Source: Octopus vulgaris
Taxonomy: Eukaryota
DNA: 64,000 bases
Assembly: GCA_951406725.2 (NCBI GenBank)
Contig: OX597837.1
Location: 25,854,001-25,918,000, forward strand
Direction: 5' to 3'
Part shown: positions 1 to 12,318 of the stretch, piece after piece
Layout of the letters: each line of letters begins with the position of its first letter
How positions within the stretch are numbered: position 1 is the stretch's first letter
Notes under the pieces: generated by a model
Seen by the model: the letters and a program-made list of their open reading frames with translations, nothing else
Databases searched by the model: none
Told to the model about the DNA's origin: nothing
Made by a program: the position numbers and the translations under genes

Positions 1-837
1 TACATCACACGTATTGAGAAGAGCATTGTCGATGTGAGAACTGTTGCTGCTCATGTATTTTAATTTAACTAAAAAAAAAAAAAAAAATGAACGAACTATT
101 GAGTTTGGTTTAATGGCCTACCAATGTATACTATGAGTTTCTTTGCCCTAGGAGTCAGGAAGACACTCGGCAAGAAATGGAAGCAAATTTGAAAGAAGAA
201 AAAAAAAGTAATAATAATAATAATGATAATAATAATAATAGTTAATGTAATCGACTATTCCCCTCCCACAAAATTTCAGGCCTTGTGTCTTTAGTAGGAA
301 GGATTATCATTATCATTATTGGTCAAAGAAACTGTTTTGTAAAAGAAAGCTGGGGATGTGAGGTACAGACAGACAGTAAACAGGCAGAGCCTAAGTTCAA
401 ATCTTGAAAGTCATTGAATGAAGACATGCATTATGGGAATTAAATCATTTAAGGGTGAACTTTTGAAAGACGAAGGCTGCAGGAAGAATATGGTTAACTT
501 TAAGTCTCTTTAATGTCTTCTCTTCACTGTCAAGTGAAGAACAGTATCCAGCTGTAAGATAATTCCCCTTAGCAGATAAGATCAATAAAGAGATTCAAAG
601 ATCAATCAAACCCAAAGATAAAACAAATACGAAACCAGGAAATAATTGAAGCAGTCATCCTGCTTTAACCTCCTACACTCTGGACTTACTACAGCCTCAA
701 CTTTCTGCACCTCTCCTCATCTACATACAAAGCACTCCACCCGGATTACCACTGGATATACTCATGGATCTCACTGGACTCTTGTATTGATAAATTTATC
801 TATTGGCTTGGTTTGATTGATTAATCCCTACTGCGTG

Positions 838-938
838 GGAACCGATTACACTTGGTTCCATGAATGTGCGCTTGAGACGCGGAGGATGAAGTTAACTAAT
901 TTCTGATCAAAAGACAAGATTTGGTTTGCATTCAAACC
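838..938 (+). pseudogene. Decayed N-terminus of a LINE ORF2 APE endonuclease (L1/Tx1-like)
   Basis: Reads EPITLGSMNVR...LISD...DLVCIQ across a stop and frameshift, matching the APE start motif (I.s.NV.gl...D.vclQE); cut off by a SINE at ~943. Confidence 0.4.
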
Positions 939-942
939 ATAT

Positions 943-1112
943 TACTCTTTTACTTGTTTCAGTCGTTTGACTGTGGCCATGCTGGAGCACCGCCTTTAGT
1001 CGAGCACATCGACCCTCAGGACTTATTCTTTGTAAGCCCAGTACTTATTCTATCAGTCTCTTTTGCTGAACCTCTAAGTAACGGGGATGTCAACACACCA
1101 CACAAACACACA
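943..1112 (-). mobile_element. SINE family A, 3' half
   Basis: Reverse complement of the ...gctccagcatggccacagtcaaatgactgaaacaagtaaaagag tail of the full copy at 48346-48808. Confidence 0.85.
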
Positions 1113-1589
1113 TATTTTTTCTTCTTTCTCTCTTCCTTTTTTCTGACACTTCCTTCAGATACAAAGGCACACACACACACACACGCACTCTCTCTCACTT
1201 TCTACCCAGAACCATATTGATTTATTATCTGTACATTAGCTTACAAAAAATATTTAACCAATGCAAAGAGGGATTTCCAGAGGGACAGCATTTTGGAGGG
1301 GAAAAGCATTGGGTATGAGGACCGCATTAGCAGTAATATGGGTGATGAATGAGTTGTGGAGAGGGGACACATTGAAAACGACACAAGACCAGAGCAAGCT
1401 TTAAGGAACAGATAACACTGCCAGTAATATATATATATATATATATACATTCATGGCACTCTCATGAACTTATTCACCCACTAACCCTATCCATGTATTC
1501 CGTTTACAGCAAGATATCTGTTTCTGTCCTTCTACTCCTACTCTGGCAGAAAGCCACCTCCCTCGATACTACTCCACCCCCGCATTTGA

Positions 1590-1800
1590 GGGAACCTTGT
1601 CTTACAAGTCACTTGGTGACCTCAATGTTGCTGATGCGCCATAAAAAGCATCCACTACACTCTGTAGAGTGGCTGGTATTAGGGAGGGCATCCAACCATA
1701 GAAACCATGCCAAAGCAGACAATACAGCTTGGTGCAGTCTCCTGCCTTCCAGTGTCTGTCAAACTGTCCAACCCATGCCAGCATGGAGGATAAATGGCAA
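1590..1800 (+). mobile_element. Diverged RTE-LINE 3' end
   Basis: ataaaaagcatcc...gagtggctggtattagggagggcatcc...tccaacccatgccagcatgg, shared with the other RTE tails. Confidence 0.7.
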
Positions 1801-1954
1801 AAGAGACTGATAGAATAAGTACTAGGCATCATAATATAAGTCCTAGGGTTGATTTGTTTGACTGAAACCTTTCAAGGTGGTGCCCCAGCATGGCTACAGT
1901 CAAATAGCAAACAAGTAAAAGGTAATAGATAAAATATATATATACATATATATA

Positions 1955-2145
1955 TCTATTCGCCATGATAGATCGGTAGCCACTGCAAACATTTTTTTTC
2001 TCTCCTTGTTTCTTTCTCTGTTCCTTTCTGTGGAAGAGCGTAGGCTCGAAACATTAAAGACTTTTTCTATTCTTGAGCGTTATACTAATACATCTGTTTG
2101 TTTTCTACACCACCTGTCTTCGTCTTGTTTTTTTTTGTGAATTCT

Positions 2146-2148
<3 letters not shown>
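1955..2148 (+). mobile_element. Penelope-like pLTR fragment with degenerate minimal hammerhead motif (2024-2061)
   Basis: cttt-CTGTGGAA-gagc gtag gctc-GAAA-cat-t-aaag, followed by a T-rich tail, all embedded in (TA)n. Confidence 0.55.
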
Positions 2149-2190
<42 letters not shown>

Positions 2191-2194
2191 AAGA

Positions 2195-2520
2195 GTAAAG
2201 ATCTCCTTCGATCATGAATGACCATAGAAAGTTCCCCTCCAAGGCACAAGTTCAGGCAAGGTTGTTTGTGGAAGACCAGCAGTCACCCCTGTATACCAGC
2301 TTCCCTCCTCTCCATGCTATCGATGTTATCCAAGGGAAAGGCAAAGGCCGATACAGCTTGGCACCAGTGACATCGCAACTCATTTTCTATAGCTGAGTCA
2401 ACTGGAGTAACGTGAAATAAAGTGTCCTGCTCAAGAACACAACACAGCCTGCTCTGGGAATTGAACTCACCACCTCATGATTGTGAGCCCGACACTCTAA
2501 CCACAGAACCATGTGCCTTC
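2195..2520 (-). mobile_element. tRNA-derived SINE family C
   Basis: Reverse complement of the copy at 41663-41996; A/B-box-like head at ~2455-2520. Confidence 0.8.
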
Positions 2521-3373
2521 AAACACACACACAAAGGATATATGCAATAGAAATAATCTAATAGATTTACATAATATTTTAAAGATATTTCTTTTGGAAG
2601 ATGAAGTGGGATTTATGGTGGGGATGAGTAAAAGAAGGTATCAAGTACCAGAAGCTTCTGAAGATAATAATTCACAGAATCAAATTAGGAATTTCAGTTA
2701 TTTCGTATGCCACCCCCCAACCTGCCACAGGGAGAAATTCTTCAAAGGAATGAAAAAAAAAAAACCGTCTATCAGAAACATTGCAGAAAGATATGGAATT
2801 CCTGTAAGTCTAAAGAAAATTTCTTCAATCAAATGAAGAACTAATCCTGATCTTTGTTGTTTCTTTAATCTGCTGGTCTTAAATATAAAATTGTCTGAAA
2901 ATGCTGCTCGGAATCTATTGAAGTCTCAGAACAAACCATTATATTATTAGCAGCTGGGAAATTGGTAAGGAACACAGAAATATATTGATGGAAATTAAAC
3001 AACATCAATCAGAGACGACAGGGAGACAGACTGGGGTCATGGAAATGGGAAATATTTGAAGAAAAATATTAGTAACATGTAATTCCATAAAACTGGTGCA
3101 GATATTTCGGTTTCTAGAATAGTATTAAGTGGATTTCAGATAAATACCACCTGGAATAGAATACTGGTATATTGGAAGCAGCTTTCCTAATCAGAGAAAT
3201 TGAACTCATTACTGCATGCCATTGAAACAATCATTAATTTTATTGTGTGACCCCTGTTTAAATTAGTGTAATATACCATCATGTTTAACCTAGTTACAGA
3301 TAAGTGGACTGAGCTGCTTGAGTTGGGTGTCTTTATTTTGGACGTGCTGGTGTTATGTGAAAGTTACCCACAT

Positions 3374-4462
3374 TGGTGTCACATAAAAAGCACCTGTCCT
3401 GGTGCCACATACAAGGCACCTGTGCTGGTGCCACATACAAGGCACCTGTGCTGGTGCCACGTAAAAAAAAACCTATACTGGTGTCATGCAAAAAGCACCT
3501 GTGCTGGTTCCACATAAAAAGCACCTGTGCTGGTTCCACATAAAAAGCACCTGTGCTGGTTCCACATAAAAAGCACCTGTGCTGGTGCCACATAAAAAGC
3601 ACCTGTGCTGGTGCCACATAAAAAGTACATGTGCTGGCACCATGTAAAAAGCTCATATGCTAGTGTCACATAAAAAGCACCTGTGCTGGTTCCACATAAA
3701 AAGCACCTGTGCTGGTTCCACATAAAAAGCACCTGTGCTGGTGTCACATAAATAGCACCTGTGCTGGTGTCACATAAAAAGCACCTGTGCTGGTGTCACA
3801 TAAATAGCACATGTGCTGGTGTCACATAAAAAACACCTGTCCTGGCACCATGTAAAAAGCACATGTGCTGGTGCCACATAAAAAGCACCTGTGCTAGTGC
3901 CACATAAAAAGCACCTGTGCTGGTGCCACATAAAAAGCACCTGTGCTGGTTCCACATAAAAAGCACCTGTGCTGGTTCCACATAAAAAGCACCTGTGCTG
4001 GTGTCACATAAATAGCACCTGTGCTGGTGTCACATAAATAGCACCTGTGCTGGTGTCACATAAATAGCACATGTGCTGGTGTCACATAAAAAACACCTGT
4101 CCTGGCACCATGTAAAAAGCACATGTGCTGGTGCCACATAAAAAGCACCTGTGCTAGTGCCACATAAAAAGCACCTGTGCTGGTGCCACATAAAAAGCCC
4201 CTGTGCTGGTTCCACATAAAAAGCCCCAGTGCTGGTTCCACATAAAAAGCACCTGTGCTGGTGCCACATAAAAAGTACCTGTGTTGGTGCCATGTTAAAA
4301 GCACCCATGTTGAGGTTACATAAAATGCATCCATTCTGGTTCCGCATAAAATAAAAGCAACCATGTTGGTGCCACATGAAAAGCTCCCAAGCTGGTCTCA
4401 CATAAAAAGCACCTGTGCTGGGGCCACATTAAAAGAACCTGTGCTGGTACAACATAAAAAGC
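3374..4462 (+). repeat. 26-bp minisatellite (cacataaaaagcacctgtgctggtgc, ~41 copies) expanded from the RTE 3'UTR subrepeat
   Basis: Direct tandem periodicity, contiguous with the RTE tail at 4463-4631. Confidence 0.92.
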
Positions 4463-4631
4463 AACTAAGTACACTCTGTAAAGTGGTTGGCATTAGGAAG
4501 GGTATAGAGCTGCAGAAGCCATCCCAAAACGGACAATAGAACCTGATGTAGGTCTCTGGCTTGCCAGCTCATGTCAAACTGTCCAACCCATGCCAGCATG
4601 GAAAACAGACATTAAATGATGATGATGATGA
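4463..4631 (+). mobile_element. RTE-LINE 3' terminus with (GAT)n tail
   Basis: acactctgtaaagtggttggcattaggaaggg...tccaacccatgccagcatgg...attaaatgatgatgatgatg. Confidence 0.8.
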
Positions 4632-4829
4632 ATGCAGCACTTCTGACTGGGTGCAAGCTGCCAATGGATCAGGTATAATTGTGTGGTTAAGATATTTATT
4701 TTGGTACCATGTCATACTGAGTTCAAATCTACTACATGGCACTTAGGGTGAGAGAATTTTACTATAATACCACTCTTTAAGAGGGGAAATTGTATAGAAG
4801 CCTGTCGTAAGTGTGTGTGTATATGTATC

Positions 4830-5462
4830 GTCTTTTATCTAGTTTTAGTCATTAGACTGCGGCCATGCTGGGGTCCTTGAAAACTTTTAGTTGTACTTCT
4901 TTTTCTTTTTTTTAAATCCTGGTATTTGTTCTATCATTCTCTTTTGCCAAACCACATAAACACCAGTTGTCAAGCAGTGGTAGGGAAAAACACAGATACA
5001 TACACACACATGTATATATACAAATGGCTTCTTTCAGTTTCTGTCTACCAAATCCATTCACAAGGCTTTGGTTGGTATGAGGCTATAGTAGAAGACACTT
5101 GCCCAAGGTGTCACACAGTGGGACTGAACCCAGAACCATGTGTTTGAGAAGCAAATTCCTTACCACACAGTCAAACCTGCACCTATACACAGTGATGTCT
5201 GCAGCTATAAATGTACACACATACACAAACATATAGCTATGATTAGCTTTGATTGAGCGAATATATATATATGTGTACACACACACACACACAGACATAC
5301 ACATATATAAATACGATGGGCTTCTTTCAGTTACCGTCTACCAAATCCACTCACAAGGCTTTGGTCAGCCAGAGTAGAAGACACTTGCCCATGATAGTAG
5401 GCAGTGGGACTGAACCTGGAACCATGTGGTTGGTAAGCAAGCTACTTACCACACAGCCACAC
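4830..5462 (-). mobile_element. Two SINE family A copies (4830-5187, 5315-5462)
   Basis: cttctttcagttt...ccaaatccactcacaaggc...cagtgggactgaaccc...cttaccacacag motifs. Confidence 0.8.
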
Positions 5463-5519
<57 letters not shown>

Positions 5520-5666
5520 TGAATATATGTGTGTGTGTATGTATATATACATATGCATATATATGTATATGTGTATATATGTGTGTGTGTATGTATATAT
5601 ACATATGCATATATATGTATATGTATGTGTGTATATATGTGTGTGTGTATATATATATATATATAC

Positions 5667-5823
5667 AATAGGAAAGCGTTGTGCTAGAAAGAGCAGTAGA
5701 AATCTCAAGACCACAAAATAGTTGAGATGGTAAACGTTTTTAATTTTCATTCCTTTCGTGAATTTATCCTTCTTTGTGGTCTTGAGATGTCTACTGCTCT
5801 TTCTAGCACAACGCTTTCCTATT
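5667..5823. repeat. 51-bp inverted repeat (1 mismatch) with 55-nt spacer
   Basis: aataggaaagcgttgtgctagaaagagcagtagaaatctcaagaccacaaa (5667-5717) is the reverse complement of 5773-5823. Confidence 0.95.
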
Positions 5824-5931
5824 TGGAAGCCTCTTATTGTATTTCTATATGAATAATATATAGTCTAATGACTAATTCGTTTTTTGTGCTAGGGCACTGG
5901 TAATAATTTATTATTACCCTATTTTATTATG

Positions 5932-5969
<38 letters not shown>

Positions 5970-7129
5970 GATGATGATATAACATGTAGATATATAACAT
6001 GTAGGGAGCCAATGAAATGTAGGTTGTTCTCAAATTTTATTGTGGTTGTGTATACCTCGTCCTTTCTTCAGATATATTGTATCTAAGATTACATTATCTT
6101 ATCTCGCTTTCTCAGATGGTATGGTTTGATCAGTGAGTGAGGTTTAATTAGTATTTTTCGTGAGGAATACCAGAGATAACTAAGTTGATGGAGGAGAAGA
6201 AGTGTTTTAAATATACTATTACCGACTACTCACATAAAATATACCACCCTGATATACAGACATTTCGATTGTACATCAAACAACCAGTTTTAAAATGGGC
6301 GTTTAGATGATACTGATGATGATGATGATGATGATGACAGCAGTAATATCTCAAGGGAAGCACACACACACACACACACACTCACACAGATGTATCGTCT
6401 AATAAAATTCCAGTTGAATGAGCCACCCAAGATATATGAATCCTAGAGATGTATTACTTATAGATATCTAACAGCCACCCAGGTATTTGGACCTCCTTGA
6501 TAGGCTTCCCACCCAGATTTATTAAGTAAACTTGTACCAGCCACCCATTTACATTAAAACACTAAAGTATACACACCTTCCACATCTCATAAACAAGAAC
6601 CTGGACTCAGTATTCGAATCACAACAAGTATGATCCCCTATCGTACACACACATATATATATATAATTGCCTCTCAGATTACTTCCTCAGCTTAAGTAAC
6701 CACTCAGCAATAGGAACCATTTGAATGGTATGAAATTTAGTCTTCACCCACAATACATCAAAGGATATTATGAAGATTGGCTGCATAAAACCTGATGCTA
6801 TCCACAAGACAGGCTTTCAGAGGATTTAGCAGATTTAACTAAAAACTCATTAGTTGTCATTCGTTATGTGATGGTGTGTGACTTAGTGGTTAGGGGTTAT
6901 TCGGCTCAAGATTGTAAGGTCATAAGTTCAATTCCCGGGTCATAGTGCTAGGGCATGCATAAACAGCTGCATGCGTGCGCACATACACGTGAGTACTGTC
7001 CAAATCTCCGACCAATCACATACAGCTGGCTGGCATTCAATTGGCGTATCAAGTTTCGGGCATTTTGATTGGGTTTTGGATAGAAAATTCACAAAAAATT
7101 CACTTCTATTGATTTTTTAATGGCTCTCC

Positions 7130-7555
7130 GGGGTGACTGGAGAAGTGTAAAGATGTACACGATCACCCTTGGATGGTTTTGAATGACCATAGAAAGTGCA
7201 AGCCCTCTAACTGAAAAATTGTGGATTTGTATAAAGGACACACACACAGACATTTTGCCATTTATATATAGAGAAATTTGCGGGCTGACTGGGGAAATGT
7301 AAAGATGTGCACGACCACCCTTGGACGGTTTTGAATGACCATAGAAAGTGCGAGCCCTCTAACTGAAAAATTGTGGATTTGTATAAAGGACACACACACA
7401 GGATTTTGCCATTTATATATAGAGAGATTTGCGGGGTGACTGGGGAAATGTAAAGATGTGCACGACCACCCTTGGACGGTTTTGAATGACCATAGAAAGT
7501 GCGAGCCCTCTAACTGAAAAATTGTGAATTTGTATAAAGGACACACACACAGACA
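7130..7555 (-). repeat. ~151-bp x ~2.8 tandem repeat of a non-autonomous Helitron 5' end
   Basis: Units start at 7131, 7283 and 7434. On the minus strand the units contain tctctatatataaatggcaaaatgtctgtgtgtg, like the Helitron start at 11899. Confidence 0.7.
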
Positions 7556-7913
7556 GTTATAACTGTGCTCTAAATGGAGGTGTAGTCAAATCCTATTTTA
7601 TGGACTCAACCATGTTCTAAAATAAGTCGAAAGGTAAGCTACTATAAATATAGTCAATTCAAGGATGTTAGTTCCACATTAGGGATTAAATAATCCAAAA
7701 CATTCCATTGGTTAATTACTGTCATATAAGGAGAAAATGAATCTAAACATATATGTGGTTTTTTGGCATTTTACCTTTCTTTCAGAGCTTTACAACTAAT
7801 AATTTATTCGTATTGTTTTTATAAAAGAATTTCAACATCTTTATATCATACAAATAAATTATTTATTCATGCATAATTCCCCATTTTCTTTCTTTCAATA
7901 TATATATATATAT

Positions 7914-8310
7914 TGGAGCAGGAGTGGCTGTGTGGTAAGTAGCTTGCTTACGAACCACATGGTTCCAGGTTGTCTCACTGCATGGTACCTTGGGCAAGTG
8001 TCTTCTACTATAGCCTCAGGCCAACCAAAGCCTTGTGAGTGGATTTGGTAGATGGAAACTGAACGAAGCCTGTTGTGTATATGTATATGTATGTGTGTGT
8101 ATATGTTTGTGTGTCTGTGTTTGCCCCTGCCAAGTTCGCTTGACAACTGATGCTGGTGTGTTTACGTCCCTGTAACTTAGTGGTTCGGCAAATGAGACCG
8201 ATAGAATAAGTACTAGGCTTACAAAGAATAAGTCCTGAGGGTCGATTTGCTTGACTAAAGGTGGTGCTCCAGCATGGCCACAGTCACATGACTGAAACAA
8301 GCAAAAGATT
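7914..8310 (+). mobile_element. SINE family A, near full length
   Basis: tRNA-like head ggagcaggagtggctgtgtggtaag...ggttcc, internal TA/TG microsatellite, tail gactgaaacaagcaaaag. Confidence 0.85.
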
Positions 8311-8646
8311 ATCATCATCATCATCGTTTAACGTCCGTTCTCCATGCTAGCATGGGTTGGACGGTTCGACTGGGGATCTGGGAAGCCAGAAGGCTGCACC
8401 AGGCTCCGGTCTTATCTGGCAATGTTTCTACAGCTGGATGCCCTTCCTAACGCCAACCACTCCGTGAGTGTAGTGTGTGGTTTTTACGTGCCACCTGCAC
8501 TGGTGCCAGGCAAGGCTGGCATCGGCCATGGTCGGATTGGTGCTTTTTATGTGCCACTGACACGGAAGCCAGTCGAGGCGGCGCTGGCATCGGCCAAGAT
8601 TCGGATAGTGCTTTTTACGTATCTCCAGTCCAGGGGTCCTGGCATC
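8311..8646 (-). mobile_element. 5'-truncated RTE 3'UTR
   Basis: (cat)n-cgtttaacgtccg...ggatgcccttcctaacgccaaccactcc, then gtgctttttacgtgccac subrepeats. Confidence 0.85.
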
Positions 8647-8986
8647 TTACTTAAGCTGAGGAAGTAATCTGAGAGGCAATTATATATATGTGTGTGTACG
8701 ATAGGGGACAATACTTGTTGTGATTCAAATACTGAGTCCAGGTTCTTGTTTATGAGATGTGGAAGGTGTGTATACTTTAGTGTTTTAATGTAAATGGGTA
8801 GCTGGTACAAGTTTACTTAATAAATCTGGGTGGGAAGCCTATAAAGGAGGTCCAAATACCTGGGTGGCTGTCAGATATCTATAAGTAATATATCTCTAGG
8901 ATTCATATATCTTGGGTGGCTCATTCAACTGGAATTTATATATATATATATATATATAAAAAAATAAATCAATATCAGTGAGACTC

Positions 8987-9052
<66 letters not shown>

Positions 9053-9315
9053 TGTGTGTGTGTATGTGTGTGCATGTGCGAATGTGTTTGTTCATTGTGT
9101 GTGAGAACTTTATATGCAGTGAACATGTATACTGTTGTATGTTCTGTGAGCGTGTTTGATTGGTTGTTTGTTTGTTTGTTTACATTCTTAATACACTATT
9201 TAGTATGTGTGACAAAGTGTTATAGGTAAGTAGTCTAGTGTGTGTGTATGTGTGTGCGAGAACAGTGCCAGTGCCGCCAAAACAGTTCAGTTTACCATTC
9301 CGCTGTTTATTTCAG

Positions 9316-9328
9316 CCAAAAGAACCAG
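9316..9328 (+). CDS. Candidate 13-nt micro-exon (PKEP+G)
   Basis: tgtttatttcag|CCAAAAGAACCAG|gtaagt: consensus acceptor and donor in unique sequence. Confidence 0.35.
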
Positions 9329-9767
9329 GTAAGTAGGATAATGACTCGTGGCAGCTGATGTTGACAAAATACTGAAACATCTGGCAAGAACCTATTGCTT
9401 GCTATGTTTAATGGGTTCCACCCTGGAATTCTTAGCAGCATTGCTAGCATAGTTTTGCATTTCTCTTTTGTCTCTTGAAATGAGACTGGAGTTGGAACAT
9501 AGAGGAGAAAGAAAAAAAAAGGAAAAAAAAAACAAAACAAAAACAAAAGCCAAAAATCAAATAATTGGATTGTTTTACCAATTTGGTGGCTAACTGAATA
9601 ACTCCTGTGATGTTCTTAGATTCTTAAACCGAAAGATTTCGGACTAATTCCCACCTCGTTCCCCCTACTTGCTGTTCATTAATTTGGAGGTAAAGTTGAA
9701 AATTTAGAACAACAGTGCCAATGCCGCTGTGTTGAGTGTTCAAAGATTTATAGCAGAAACTAATAAA

Positions 9768-10160
9768 CATCATCATCATCATCATTATCATCGTTTAGCG
9801 TCCGCTTTCCATGATAGCATGGGTTGGACGGTTCAACTGGGGTCTGGGAAGCCAGTAGGCTGCACCAGGCCCAGTCTGATCTGGCAATGTTTCTACGGCT
9901 GGATGCCCTTCCTAACGCCAACCACTCCGTGAGTGTAGTGGGTGCTTTTTACGTGCCACCGGCACAGGTGCCAGACGAGGTTGGCAAACGGCCACAATTG
10001 GATGGTGCTTTTTGCGTGTCACTGGCACGGGGGCCAGGCGAGGCTAGCAACAGCCACAATCGGATACTGCTTTTTATGTGCCACCAGCATGAGGCCAGTC
10101 GGGGCGGCGCTGGCAATGGCCACGTTCGGATGGTTCTCTTACGTACTACCACTGGCACTG
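9768..10160 (-). mobile_element. 5'-truncated RTE 3'UTR
   Basis: Same tail and subrepeats as 8311-8646. Confidence 0.85.
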
Positions 10161-11054
10161 TAGTTTAATGTATGAGGAGGAGGACATGAAAGAAAAGGAA
10201 TACATAGACAGAGGGAGGAAGGAAGAGGAGAAGATGAGAAAGTGGAGAGAGAGAGAGAGTAGGAGGAAATAGAGAAAGAAGTAGGGAGAGAGAGAGAGAG
10301 GTATAGGTAAAAGGTGAGAATTACTGCTCACGTTGAAGGTGGAATTTATCAAGATCTGACACTGAACCAAATTGAACACATTTTTATGTAAAACATAAGT
10401 GAGGTTTACTAATTATAATTTTCCATAAAAGGGGCTAATTGCAATTAAGATGCTTTAGCTAAAAATAATTTTGCAATTATATAAATATTTGTATGTACTT
10501 GCATCTGCATGAGTGCATGTATGTATGTGCATATGTGTGTATATGTTTGTGTTTGGTGCAAGCTGTAACATAAACCCATTTCCTAAATTCCTTGTGCATC
10601 TTCCTTCAAGAGATATTAAAAACCAGCCAAGATTAAATAACTTTGCAAGAACACAAGACACATATCGAAACAAGAAATGATTGGCAATTGCAGAAAACGA
10701 CTACTTAATAGTAAAATCTCAACGTAAACCAATCTCTATTGGAAGAGTCTATTAGCGCTGCAATGTCAGGTAAGAAATTCCTTGTAGTCTGCTGCCAGGG
10801 TAAACTAAAAAACTCAAGTGGGTAAGGTTATTTTTATACCTCAGATATCTGTTCTAGCTTAATAGCACAGTTCTAAATGAACACTAGTGGCAAGGTATGT
10901 TAGTAGAACAAAACACACGCAGCCAGCCGAGCTGATAGGTTAATAACTACTAGACACAGTGACAATGTAAACGAGATGAGGTGTCAGAGGAGTACAGAAG
11001 AGAGATATCGGTTCGTTAGTCAGTACAGCTGGAAACAAGACTCAGATATTTGTA

Positions 11055-11460
11055 TCACACACACATGCACATGCATATATATATATATATACATGCAGAT
11101 ACACACACACACACATATATATATATACATACATGCATGCATATAAGCATATATATACATACATAAGTGTATACATAAACACATATGCACACAAACATAC
11201 ACATATATAGTTACACACACACACATATATATATATATATACACATATATACATGCACACAAACATATATATACATATATACATGCACATATACATATAT
11301 ATATATATATACATACATATACATGCACACATACATGCATATATATATACATATACATGCACACATACATATATATATACACACACATACATATATAAAC
11401 ATATACACATATCTATACATACATACATACACATACACACACATATGTAGAGAGAGAGAA
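11055..11460. repeat. Compound (CA)/(TA) microsatellite
   Basis: Directly visible. Confidence 0.95.
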
Positions 11461-11790
11461 GGGATGAGGGGTGGAGGTGTGGTAGCGATGGCAGTGGTAA
11501 TAAGTTAGTCAAAGAAATACCGGTTGCTCCATAAAACTAATAATGTGGAACACAAGATATAAGGTTTCACAAACACCATACGCTGCTGCCACAGCATAAA
11601 TTAGTCGAGTTGCGATTCGTTATACAGACCTAGGTTTCCTTGAATATTTCAAGATATAAGACAGGACAAATCAATATCCAAATGGAATTAGACCAGATGG
11701 CACCAACCTTAAATCAGAACGGTGCAATGAAGTTCTTACAGCCGTTGGCAAGAATTCAGATGTATCAGTTGCTATTTTTTTTTCTTTCAG

Positions 11791-11813
11791 ACATTGACTT
11801 ACGAAATATTCAG
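11791..11813 (+). CDS. Candidate 23-nt micro-exon ((D)IDLRNIQ)
   Basis: ttttttttctttcag|ACATTGACTTACGAAATATTCAG|gtgaga; phase-compatible with 9316-9328. Confidence 0.4.
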
Positions 11814-11898
11814 GTGAGACATTGGTTCCGTTAATCTTACTGTTCTGGAAGATCCTGCAACTGTTAGAAGCACTATGCCCCTCCCCCACACTGTCTCA

Positions 11899-12273
11899 TC
11901 TCTCTCTATATAAACGGCAGTTTGTCTGTGTGTGTTTCTGTGTGTCTGTTTGGTTGTACCCTCACCCTGACCACTGCTTTCAACCGATTCTGATGAAACT
12001 TGACACACACATAGCCCAATGTCATAATTCAAAACTAATGCAGCGAAAATTTTGAAAAGTTCCCCCAGTTCTGAAAAAAATCGGTAAATTCGACATGGGG
12101 TCGAGAATCAGAAACACAAACCACAGACTGTCTAGGGGACGCAACTCGACCTTTTTTAACTCTAAAAAAAAAATTTACCATCATTTTTTTCCCATTTTTT
12201 GGCTATAACTCTCTAAAAATGCTTTATAGTTATTTCCCTTACAAACCTGAGCAACGCCAGGCGATACTGCTAG
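11899..12273 (+). mobile_element. Non-autonomous Helitron
   Basis: Sits between A and T; 5' TCtctctctatataaa; 3' hairpin cctgagcaacgccagg followed by CTAG|t. Confidence 0.8.
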
Positions 12274-12318
12274 TCATTAAATAATTAAAAAGGATTTAAT
12301 AAAAGGTTGAATGAAATA

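Larger units (their letters stand above)
6405..8937. mobile_element. ~2.5-kb segment bounded by ~295-bp inverted arms (foldback/long-TIR element or inverted duplication)
   Basis: 6405-6699 is the reverse complement of 8647-8937 with few differences; each arm has the motif ccaccca four times. Confidence 0.7.

Noticed and set aside
2540-3270. Possible decayed retroelement ORF (also 16930-17340, 19400-19700, 44210-44760)
   Set aside because: Composition suggests old TE coding remnants, but no diagnostic motif is readable.
3374-4462. CRISPR-like array
   Set aside because: Units are contiguous with no unique spacers, there are no cas genes, and the context is eukaryotic.
10694-10769. 76-nt exon candidate (cag|...CAG|gtaaga)
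   Set aside because: Stops in all three frames and a weak pyrimidine tract; could only be non-coding.
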